From assembly GCA_020352775.1 (NCBI GenBank), contig CP070684.1, forward strand, positions 1,198,795 to 1,260,801: a stretch of DNA of 62,007 nt, written 5' to 3'. The notes under the pieces were generated by a model that was not told the DNA's origin, did no database searches, and worked only from the letters and a program-made list of their open reading frames with translations. Positions 54,450-62,007 of the stretch are shown piece by piece (position 1 is the stretch's first letter; each line of letters starts with the position of its first letter). The translations under genes were made by a program, and so were the position numbers. This DNA is from Candidatus Omnitrophota bacterium (lineage in GTDB: Bacteria; Omnitrophota; Gorgyraeia; Duberdicusellales; 4484-171).

Positions 54450-55114
54450 AGGAATTTGACAGGTTATTAAAAGTTATTAAAAAACTACATTCACCGTCTG
54501 GTTGTCCCTGGGATAAGGCCCAAACTGCCGATGATTATAAACGCTATCTTCTGGAGGAAGCCTATGAGCTGGTGGATGGGATGCAGCATAAGAATATAAG
54601 AGTTATTAAAGAAGAATTAGGGGATCTTTTCCTTATTCTGGCTACGATCACATTTCATTTTAATAAGAATAAAAAGTTTACTCTTACTGATGTTCTTAGA
54701 ATAATTAATGAGAAGCTTATCTGGCGCCATCCTCACGTGTTTTCTTCTCGAAAGCTTGCGACCAAAGAGGAGGTGTTAGAGCACTGGATAAAAGCCAAGG
54801 CTAAGAGAAAGAAGCGAAAGACAATAAAGGAAAGGCTACCTCTATCTAGCCCTTCTTTGTTGATGGCAGAGCTATTTTTAAAAGAACGCGGTTATTTGGG
54901 CAAGAAAACTAGACGCAGCGAAGAACAAAGGATTTCTAAGCGCTTGGTGAGTTTAGCGAGAGAAATGGAAGCTGCTAAAGAAAGTAAAGCTAAGGAGAAA
55001 TTGACTTCAGATATCATTTTTGAGCTTTGTAAGCTTAGCTACATCAATAACATAGAGCTGGAAACCCTCCTCAGGCACCGGGTCTTTGAGGAGGCAGAGA
55101 AAGTCCCATATTAG
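54446..55114 (+). CDS. mazG: MazG family nucleoside triphosphate pyrophosphohydrolase
   Basis: SGCPWDKAQT, YLLEEAYELVD and EELGDLF motifs. ATGA overlap with the nitroreductase gene. Confidence 0.85.
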   Translation: MKEFDRLLKVIKKLHSPSGCPWDKAQTADDYKRYLLEEAYELVDGMQHKNIRVIKEELGDLFLILATITFHFNKNKKFTLTDVLRIINEKLIWRHPHVFSSRKLATKEEVLEHWIKAKAKRKKRKTIKERLPLSSPSLLMAELFLKERGYLGKKTRRSEEQRISKRLVSLAREMEAAKESKAKEKLTSDIIFELCKLSYINNIELETLLRHRVFEEAEKVPY

Positions 55115-55143
55115 GGCGTTGGGATGAAATTTTGCCAAAAATA

Positions 55144-55152
55144 TGTTATAAT
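55144..55152 (+). promoter_or_regulatory. extended -10 element TGtTATAAT upstream of the PilZ gene
   Basis: TG at 55144..55145 and TATAAT at 55147..55152. ATG 55161 lies 8 nt downstream. Confidence 0.4.
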
Positions 55153-55160
55153 AGGGAGCA

Positions 55161-55508
55161 ATGAATAACAGAAGGCGTCTCATACGAGTAGAGGTCAAGG
55201 ATTTTCTGCAGATCCAGCCTCTTAATGAGGTAGGCAAGCGCATTCAGGGAAAAGCCAGGGATTTCTCCCTTATGGGGATATGCTTTGCTTCCGAGATGGA
55301 GTGGCAGAAAGGCCAGGTCCTTTTTATCGACTATTTTATCCCCGAAGAATTAGATTCAGTGAAGCTTAAAATCGTGGTGGTTTGGTCCGAATTCATCGAC
55401 CCTGCCGTAGGTTACTTTTGCGGGGGGGAGATCATTGACGTGGAAGAAGAGAAACAGGCAACATTTGCTCATTACTATTTTCAAAAGTTAAGAGAAAGAT
55501 TCTACTAA
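55161..55508 (+). CDS. PilZ domain protein (putative c-di-GMP receptor)
   Basis: RRRLIR (RxxxR) and DFSLMG (D-x-S-x-x-G) motifs at the correct spacing. 115 aa stand-alone domain. Confidence 0.65.
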   Translation: MNNRRRLIRVEVKDFLQIQPLNEVGKRIQGKARDFSLMGICFASEMEWQKGQVLFIDYFIPEELDSVKLKIVVVWSEFIDPAVGYFCGGEIIDVEEEKQATFAHYYFQKLRERFY

Positions 55509-55512
55509 GAAC

Positions 55513-56565
55513 ATGTCACAAGTCTACTTTAAGCGCGGGACCTACCAGGAATTTCTCGCCCAGCCTCAAAAAATTCTCGACGGAATAAAAAAAAGCGGAT
55601 TTCTTAAAGAGATCAAGAAAGACGAATTTATCGGGCTTAAAATCCATTTCGGCGAGAAGGGAAATAAATCTTATATTAACCCCGCTCTTTTGTCGCCTTT
55701 GGCGCGATTCTTGAATAAAAGAGGTGCCAGGCCCTTTCTTTTTGATACCAATACCCTCTATCGCGGTGAACGCACTAATAGTGTTGACCATATAAGGATT
55801 GCTAATAAGCATGGGTTTGGAAAATTAGATATCCCCATTATTATTGGCGATGGGTTGCGCGGCAATGACTATTTAAAAGTTAAATGCAGCCAGAAGCATT
55901 TGAAGGATTTTTATCTGGCCCAAATTCTTAAAGACATCGATTTTGTTCTGGTTTTTTCCCATTTTACTTGCCATATGCTTACCGGTTTTGGCGCTGCCAT
56001 AAAAAATATGGGGATGGGTTGCGCTTCCCGCAGAGGAAAGCTAAGCCAGCATTGCGTGGTGAGTCCTAACATAAAAGAAGGGCAATGCGTAAAGTGCGGG
56101 ATGTGCGCAAAGTTTTGCCCGGCTGATGCAATAAGCGAAGGAAAGGATGCATTTTTTATTGATGAGAAGAAGTGTATCGGATGCGCGCAGTGCATAAGCG
56201 TTTGTCCTCATGGTGCAGTAAAAATCTCCTGGTCAGAATCTTATGATGAACTTGCCCAAAAAATGGTTGAGTATGCATTTGCCGCGACTCAAAATAGAAA
56301 GTGTGCTTATGTTAATTTCTGCATTTATATTACCAAGGAGTGCGATTGCATGAATAAGGAAAAGAGCGGGTTTATTAAGGATTTAGGCGTTCTTTTTAGC
56401 TGGGATCCGGTAAGTATTGATAAGGCTAGCATTGATTTGTTATTACAAAGAGAAAAACATGATGTGTTCAAAGATGCCCATCCCAGCATAAACTACCTTC
56501 GGCATCTGGAGTATGCCCAGGAAATTGGTTTAGGTGAACTAGGGTATAAATTGATTGAGATTTAA
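55513..56565 (+). CDS. DUF362 domain protein with 4Fe-4S dicluster insertion
   Basis: DUF362-like N-terminus (IGLKIHFGEKGN, LFDTNTLY) and two CxxCxxCxxxCP motifs (CVKCGMCAKFCP, CIGCAQCISVCP). Confidence 0.75.
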   Translation: MSQVYFKRGTYQEFLAQPQKILDGIKKSGFLKEIKKDEFIGLKIHFGEKGNKSYINPALLSPLARFLNKRGARPFLFDTNTLYRGERTNSVDHIRIANKHGFGKLDIPIIIGDGLRGNDYLKVKCSQKHLKDFYLAQILKDIDFVLVFSHFTCHMLTGFGAAIKNMGMGCASRRGKLSQHCVVSPNIKEGQCVKCGMCAKFCPADAISEGKDAFFIDEKKCIGCAQCISVCPHGAVKISWSESYDELAQKMVEYAFAATQNRKCAYVNFCIYITKECDCMNKEKSGFIKDLGVLFSWDPVSIDKASIDLLLQREKHDVFKDAHPSINYLRHLEYAQEIGLGELGYKLIEI

Positions 56566-56665
56566 TATTTTAAATTTCTCTTTCCAGCAATCAATTCTTG
56601 TGTAAAATAGATTAGCTAGCCAGGCCTTTCTAAGTTAAAGCCTAAAAGCACATTAACATAATCCA

Positions 56666-57907
56666 ATGAACATTTTCCTCATAATTATCTTAGCGATTAT
56701 AGTCATTGATTATATTCTTGATTCGCTGGTTGGGATTTTGAATGTACGCCATGCGAAACTGGAGTTGCCCCAGGAGTTTGCGGGCTGGTATGATGCTGGC
56801 AAATATAAAAAATCCCAGGAATACCTTAAGACCGGAACCAGGTTCTCTATTGTCAAAGACACCTTTTTTACCGCTCTTATTATTGCCTTTATCCTTGGCG
56901 GCGGTTTTAACTACATTGATAAGTTTGCGCGTCAATTCGGATTTGGCTCTATTCTCACCGGTTTAGTCTTTGGTGCAGTTGTTGTGCTTATCTGGGAATT
57001 GTTAAGCATTCCTTTTGCTATTTATAGTACGTTTGTGATAGAGGAGCGATTCGGGTTTAATCGTACTACACCTAAAACATTCGTGTTTGATTTTATTAAA
57101 TCACTAATTCTTTTAGCTATTATTGGAGGAAGCGCATTTGCGGCAGTGATATGGTTTTTCCGCACCGCCGGAAGTCTGGCCTGGCTGTATTGTTGGATAG
57201 CGCTTACGCTTTTTCAGTTGTTTCTTATATTCATCGCTCCGGTAGTAATCATGCCTTTGTTTAATAAATTTAAGCCGCTTGCTGAAGGCGAACTAAAGGA
57301 AGCAATCCAAGATTATGCGCGCAGCCAGAATTTTAAGATGAAAGGAATTTATACTATGGATGGTTCGCGCCGCTCCTCAAAAGCAAATGCCTTCTTTACG
57401 GGTTTTGGCAGGTTCAGGCGCATAGCATTATTTGATACTCTTATTCAAAAACACACCGCAGAGGAGTTGGTTTTGGTCCTGGCCCATGAGGTGGGCCATT
57501 ATAAGAAAAAACATATTTTAAAGATGATGTTTATATCAATTATCACTTCAGGGTTGATGTTTTATCTTCTTTCATTTTTTATCAATAATCCCATGCTTTT
57601 TGCCGCCTTTAGAATGGAAAATCTCTCGGTATATGGGAGTTTATTTTTCTTTGGTTTTCTTTATGCCCCGATAAGCATGATATTTTCCATAATCCATAAT
57701 ATTCTTTCCCGAAAGAATGAATACCAGGCAGATTCATACGCGGTTAAAACATATCCGAAACCAGAAGTTTTTATCGCAGCATTAAAGAAGCTTACTATTG
57801 ATAATCTTTCTAATTTAACTCCACATCCTTTAAAAGTGTTTCTAGATTATAGTCATCCCCCGATACTGGAGAGGATAAAAGCGCTGCGGACAATAAAAAT
57901 AGGCTAG
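56666..57907 (+). CDS. M48 family zinc metalloprotease, Ste24 (CAAX protease)-like
   Basis: Multi-TM protein with HEXXH at [12 protein letters not shown] and a downstream NEYQAD glutamate motif. 413 aa, typical for Ste24-type. Confidence 0.8.
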   Translation: MNIFLIIILAIIVIDYILDSLVGILNVRHAKLELPQEFAGWYDAGKYKKSQEYLKTGTRFSIVKDTFFTALIIAFILGGGFNYIDKFARQFGFGSILTGLVFGAVVVLIWELLSIPFAIYSTFVIEERFGFNRTTPKTFVFDFIKSLILLAIIGGSAFAAVIWFFRTAGSLAWLYCWIALTLFQLFLIFIAPVVIMPLFNKFKPLAEGELKEAIQDYARSQNFKMKGIYTMDGSRRSSKANAFFTGFGRFRRIALFDTLIQKHTAEELVLVLAHEVGHYKKKHILKMMFISIITSGLMFYLLSFFINNPMLFAAFRMENLSVYGSLFFFGFLYAPISMIFSIIHNILSRKNEYQADSYAVKTYPKPEVFIAALKKLTIDNLSNLTPHPLKVFLDYSHPPILERIKALRTIKIG

Positions 57908-57909
57908 CT

Positions 57910-58461
57910 ATGAAAGAAATTTATGTAAGTACAGATATTGAAGCTGACGGCCCGATTCCGGGTGAGAATTCCATGCTTAGCTTTGGTTCCGCGGCATTTA
58001 GTGCTCAAAAAGAACTTATCAGCACCTTTTGTGCAAACCTAGAGACCCTTCCCGGAGCAAAGCAAGATTCGGCAACCATGCGATGGTGGGGGCGCCATAA
58101 AAAAGCCTGGGAGGCTTCTCGCAAAGATTTAAAGAGCCCCGAGATTGCCATGAAAGAATATGTTAAGTGGCTTAATGGACTTTCTGGTAAAGTGGTATTT
58201 GTAGGGTATCCGGCCTCATTTGATTTCACTTTCATTTACTGGTATCTTATGAAATTTAGCGGTGTATGTCCTTTTTCTTTTGCCGCTCTTGATATCAAGA
58301 CCTATGCTATGGCAATGCTTAAAAAGGGATTCCATAAGACCACAAAAAGCACCATGCCCAAGCGCTGGTTTGATACAAGTAAAAAAAAGCATATCGCTCT
58401 TAGCGATGCCATCGAACAGGGTTATCTGTTCTGTAACATGCTCACAGAGAATACAAAGTAA
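57910..58461 (+). CDS. DEDDh 3'-5' exonuclease (Rv2179c-like)
   Basis: Exo [10 protein letters not shown] and Exo [14 protein letters not shown]. 183 aa. Starts 2 nt after the M48 stop. Confidence 0.6.
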   Translation: MKEIYVSTDIEADGPIPGENSMLSFGSAAFSAQKELISTFCANLETLPGAKQDSATMRWWGRHKKAWEASRKDLKSPEIAMKEYVKWLNGLSGKVVFVGYPASFDFTFIYWYLMKFSGVCPFSFAALDIKTYAMAMLKKGFHKTTKSTMPKRWFDTSKKKHIALSDAIEQGYLFCNMLTENTK

Positions 58462-58523
58462 TGTTTGCTAGATAAATTTCATCAATATCTGCCTCTTTAA
58501 AGCTTTCGAAGCACCAAAAATTT

Positions 58524-61500
58524 ATGAATCCAAATCAGCTAAAATTTCCTGAAGTTGTGGTGGTTGAGGCTTCTGCCGGTTCCGGAAAGACTTATGCTTT
58601 AGCCAAGCGCTATCTTCAACTCCTTATTAACCCCAATATCCCCCTTGAATTTATACCTTTGCGCAGTATCCTTGCCATAACCTTTACCAATAAAGCAGCG
58701 GTGGAGATGAAAGAGCGTATTTTAGAGCTATTAAAAAGGATTGCTTTTGACGCTTTTGAGAGTAAGGACGAGGAGAGAGATATCCTGGGGATGCTTGGAG
58801 TGGATAAGAAATTTGCACAGACCAAGGCTAATCTAATTATGGATGAGCTTATCCGGCATTATAGTTTCTTCCAGGCCCAGACCATTGATTCATTTATTAA
58901 TGCTCTTCTTTTGGGTTGTGCTTTACGGATTGACCGTTCCGCCAGTTTCTCAATTAAACGCGACTACCGCCATTATCTGGTTTATTCGCTTGATGCGGTA
59001 ATCGAGGAAGCAGCTGCCGATAAAGAAGTGTTCGGGTTTTTGGAGGAATTCCTGGAGCATTATCTATTTGTTGAGAATAGGAGCGGCTGGTTTCCTAAAG
59101 ATGATATTTTAGAGTTAATGGAGTCTTTGTTTAGGCTAAGCAATAAGTATGGTGGGACATTTAGAGATTATCCGGGCAAGGGCCAAGATGTGATAAAGAA
59201 AAAGATTGATTTGTTTGAGAAGATAAAAGAACTGGCAAAAAATTTCCCGCAGGGGATGAATAAATCCGCTCAGAATTCTATCGCAAAGTTTACAGAGATT
59301 AGCAATAACATTTTTGAAATCAGCGATTTGCCTTCGATGTTTCAGAAGCCTATTGTTTCCATGAATAAAGGAAATAGTTGTCCTTCTTCCTATGCCAAGA
59401 AATGGGAGAAGATGCACTTAAGTTTAAAAGGACTCGTTGAGCTTGAGGCTACAGTTTCATACAATCCTTATGTAAAATTGTTTCGGGGGCTCCTAACTTT
59501 TTTTCAATTTGTATCAAGAAAAGAAGATATGCTTTTTCTGGAAGAGCTTAACCATAAAGCCCGCGCTCTTTTTGATGAGGAGGGAATTACGGTTGCTGAG
59601 CTTTATTATCGTCTCGCTACAAGGTTTAGGCATTATCTAATTGATGAATTTCAGGATACAAGCATTTTGCAATGGCGTAATCTTAAAATGATGGTTGAAG
59701 AAGCACTTTCAAGCGGTGGTTCACTGTTTTATGTTGGTGATAAAAAGCAGGCAATTTATAGATTCAGGGGAGGAGAGGCGCAGTTGTTTGACGATGTAAG
59801 GAAAGCGTTTGGGCAATTTAATGTAAAAGAGGAACATTTGATCAAAAACTGGCGTAGTCAAAAAGCAATCGTTGAATTCAATAATCAGGTTTTTTCCAAA
59901 GATAATATTTTACGGATGATGAATCTTTCCGGGATTGCTAAAGAATTGGGTAATGAGAAGGGTGCAATTGGTGAAATTACTGATGTTTTTAAGGATGCAG
60001 TGCAGAATTACAAAGAAAATAATAAATACGGCTATGTGTGTGTTGAGCGCATAGATGAGAAGAACCAAGAAGAGCGCAATGCTATTATGCAGGAAAAAAT
60101 ATTAAACCTTATAGAGGAGCTTAAAGAGCGGTTTCGCTATCAAGATTTAGCAATTCTTACTCGTGATAACGATGAAGTAGAGCTCATAACAAGTTGGCTT
60201 CTTGCGGCTGGGATACCTGTAGAGTCAGAGAAAACTCTTAATATTTTGGAAAATCCCCTGATAAAAGAACTGGTTGCTTTTTTAAATTTCCTGCATTCAC
60301 CCATAGATGATTTAAGTTTTGCCGCTTTTATTTTGGGAGAGATATTTTCTTGCGTAAGTGGAATAAGTAATGACCAGATACGTGATTTTATCTTCGAATT
60401 GCATCGAGAGGGTAAGCTCGATTCGGGAATTAGTCTTTACAATCTGTTTCGCCAAAATTATCCGCGCATCTGGAATGAGTATATTGATGAATTCTTTAAA
60501 AACGTAGGATTTATTTCGCCTTATGAATTAGTAACCAGTATTTATCACCGTTTCGCTGTTATGGAGAAGTTTAAGGATGCCCAGAGTTTTTTTATGAAGT
60601 TTTTAGAGCTTATAAAGACCAACGAAGATGAACATATAGGGTTAGGTGAATTTTTATCTTATTTAAAAGAGGCGTCGGCTGAAGATTTGTATGTAAATGT
60701 TATCCATAGCGATTCTGTAAAAATTCTTACTATTCATAAGGCTAAGGGATTGGAATTTGGCGTGGTCATCATACCATTTTTAAGAATGGATATTACTCCT
60801 GAAACTGGTGGTAAAGGTACAAACTCTCATGTAGTGGGGCAGGCAGGTGAAAACTTAGGTCTTGTGCGTATCACAAAATACTATCGCGCCTATTCTAAAG
60901 AGCTGCAGGAAATCTATTCCAAGGATTATAAAAAGGCTTGTATCGATGAACTGAATAATATTTATGTTGCCTTAACGCGCGCCCAGTTTGAACTTTACAT
61001 ATTTATCCCTCGAAAAAGCGGTATTGGTAATAATAAAGCGCAGTTTATTATTCCCCAAGAGTTAAGCGAGAAAGGAAAGCGTATTGTTTATTCCACAGAG
61101 GATAAAGGCTTAGCGCAGCCATTATTAGATTTAGCGCCTTCACATTATTGCAATTGGATAGAGTTACTGAAAGATGAGTTTGGCGATCCGCAGCGAATAA
61201 GAAATCGCGCTAATATTATTAGTGGTAACATCTTTCATTTTATTCTTTCTCGCATACCTAATACCTTTGGCCAAGATAGAGAAAGTTTAATGCAAGAGGC
61301 GCTTAGTGCCGCAACCCTTGAGCACCCCAATATTGAAAGCCCTAAAGACTTTGAGCAAAAAATAAAAGGTTTACTCATAAATCCAGACTTAAACCACATT
61401 TTTTATGTTCCGGATGGTATGGTTTATCGCGAAATAGAAGTGGTGGATAGCCGCGGTGACACTAAACGTATTGACCGTTTGATTGTAAAAGAAAAGGAAG

Positions 61501-61658
61501 TTTGGGTTATCGATTATAAACTTTCTGTAGATAAAGACGAGGATTACAGAAAACAGATCAAGGAATATATGAGGATTACGAAGGATATATATCCAGGAAA
61601 AATAGTAAAAGGGTTTTTATTGTATTTAGACCAGGAAAAGACTTATGCCGTAGAATAA
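58524..61658 (+). CDS. addA: UvrD/Rep-type helicase with C-terminal PD-(D/E)XK nuclease (AddA/RecB-like)
   Basis: Walker A EASAGSGKTYAL, LIDEFQDTS, VGDKKQAIYRFRGG, TIHKAKGLEF and a C-terminal nuclease motif IDRLIV...VIDYKL. Confidence 0.8.
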   Translation: MNPNQLKFPEVVVVEASAGSGKTYALAKRYLQLLINPNIPLEFIPLRSILAITFTNKAAVEMKERILELLKRIAFDAFESKDEERDILGMLGVDKKFAQTKANLIMDELIRHYSFFQAQTIDSFINALLLGCALRIDRSASFSIKRDYRHYLVYSLDAVIEEAAADKEVFGFLEEFLEHYLFVENRSGWFPKDDILELMESLFRLSNKYGGTFRDYPGKGQDVIKKKIDLFEKIKELAKNFPQGMNKSAQNSIAKFTEISNNIFEISDLPSMFQKPIVSMNKGNSCPSSYAKKWEKMHLSLKGLVELEATVSYNPYVKLFRGLLTFFQFVSRKEDMLFLEELNHKARALFDEEGITVAELYYRLATRFRHYLIDEFQDTSILQWRNLKMMVEEALSSGGSLFYVGDKKQAIYRFRGGEAQLFDDVRKAFGQFNVKEEHLIKNWRSQKAIVEFNNQVFSKDNILRMMNLSGIAKELGNEKGAIGEITDVFKDAVQNYKENNKYGYVCVERIDEKNQEERNAIMQEKILNLIEELKERFRYQDLAILTRDNDEVELITSWLLAAGIPVESEKTLNILENPLIKELVAFLNFLHSPIDDLSFAAFILGEIFSCVSGISNDQIRDFIFELHREGKLDSGISLYNLFRQNYPRIWNEYIDEFFKNVGFISPYELVTSIYHRFAVMEKFKDAQSFFMKFLELIKTNEDEHIGLGEFLSYLKEASAEDLYVNVIHSDSVKILTIHKAKGLEFGVVIIPFLRMDITPETGGKGTNSHVVGQAGENLGLVRITKYYRAYSKELQEIYSKDYKKACIDELNNIYVALTRAQFELYIFIPRKSGIGNNKAQFIIPQELSEKGKRIVYSTEDKGLAQPLLDLAPSHYCNWIELLKDEFGDPQRIRNRANIISGNIFHFILSRIPNTFGQDRESLMQEALSAATLEHPNIESPKDFEQKIKGLLINPDLNHIFYVPDGMVYREIEVVDSRGDTKRIDRLIVKEKEVWVIDYKLSVDKDEDYRKQIKEYMRITKDIYPGKIVKGFLLYLDQEKTYAVE

Positions 61659-61659
61659 A

Positions 61660-62007
61660 ATGGAAAAGGTAATCACTTACAGTTTAGGCCAAGATTTAAT
61701 AGAGAAGGTAGCAGCACTTTTATATGATAATTTTGCTGCGAAAAGTAGTGATTTAAGCAGGGTAGCCTGTGTTTTTGGTGGTAAGCGCCCAGCATTGTTC
61801 TTAAAGCGTGAGCTTTCCCGAAAGATAAGAGGGAGTTTTGTTCCCCCTCGTATCTTTTCCATCGATGAATTTATTGATTATGTTATTTCTGGCTATACTA
61901 AAGCTGCCAAGATTAGTGATCTCGATGCAGCTTATACTATTTATGTTTTAGCAAAAAAACACATTCCCGGTCTTTTGTCTGGAAGGAAAGAGTTTTCTCA
62001 ATTTCTT
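61660..62007 (+). CDS. AddB-like helicase-nuclease subunit, 3' end outside window
   Basis: Not in the supplied track. ATG 61660 lies 1 nt after the addA stop, followed by 116 codons open to the window edge (MEKVITYSLGQDLIEKVAALLYDNF...VFGGKRPALFLKREL). Position and degenerate N-terminus fit AddB-type partners. Confidence 0.5.
   Translation, partial: MEKVITYSLGQDLIEKVAALLYDNFAAKSSDLSRVACVFGGKRPALFLKRELSRKIRGSFVPPRIFSIDEFIDYVISGYTKAAKISDLDAAYTIYVLAKKHIPGLLSGRKEFSQFL

Noticed and set aside
1-62007. Scan for CRISPR arrays, transposases, integrases, prophage genes, toxin-antitoxin pairs or known defence genes
   Set aside because: None recognised. There are no spaced direct-repeat arrays and no recombinase or transposase motifs, the tRNA cluster has no flanking island, and every ORF over 100 aa not antisense to a better gene is accounted for above.

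Overview
AT-rich (by eye, not computed) chromosomal segment from a diderm bacterium. Lipid A and lipoprotein genes are present: lpxB, an LpxL-type acyltransferase, msbA and lnt. Coding is dense and almost entirely on the + strand, with many ATGA/TAATG start-stop overlaps, so the layout is long housekeeping operons. Order: a 5'-truncated Asp-box propeller gene, sulfotransferase, lnt, CDF transporter, PF04008 kinase-like gene and LpxL-type acyltransferase. Next is a four-gene block of a giant OMP-like protein, a ROK protein, a coiled-coil protein and LacI. Then come NrdR boxes with class II RNR nrdJ, apgM, mnmG and a half-size UPF0016 gene. lpxB and a Gfo/Idh/MocA oxidoreductase lie on the - strand, divergent from msbA. 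Downstream are rpsB-tsf-pyrH-frr and tRNA-Lys/Leu/Gly, then a transporter-less PTS module (ptsN, TM-extended yvcK, ptsH, ptsI) and a nucleotidyltransferase. The rest runs pheA-hisC-aroF-tyrA-cmk-lepA-lepB-pgsA-plsY, recA-htrA-recX-alaS, hisD-hisB-hisH-hisA, two orphan pseudopilin-like genes, rplM-rpsI, ribBA-ribH-nusB-PHP-ribD-nitroreductase-mazG, PilZ, DUF362/4Fe-4S, an M48 Ste24-like protease, a DEDDh exonuclease and AddA/AddB-like genes (the last cut by the window edge). I saw no transposase, integrase, CRISPR array, toxin-antitoxin pair or recognisable defence gene, so this is mostly core genome. The best candidates for something undescribed are all modest and hypothesis-level. They are (1) the OMP-like/ROK/coiled-coil/LacI block at 6.4-12.7 kb, (2) the regulatory PTS module with a membrane-anchored YvcK, (3) htrA translationally coupled inside recA-recX, (4) a PHP phosphoesterase embedded in the riboflavin operon, (5) orphan minor-pseudopilin genes after a truncated his operon, (6) a perfect 20-bp GC-rich palindrome in frame inside hisH, and (7) several apparently leaderless genes. 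All family assignments come from motif recognition by eye; no searches were run.
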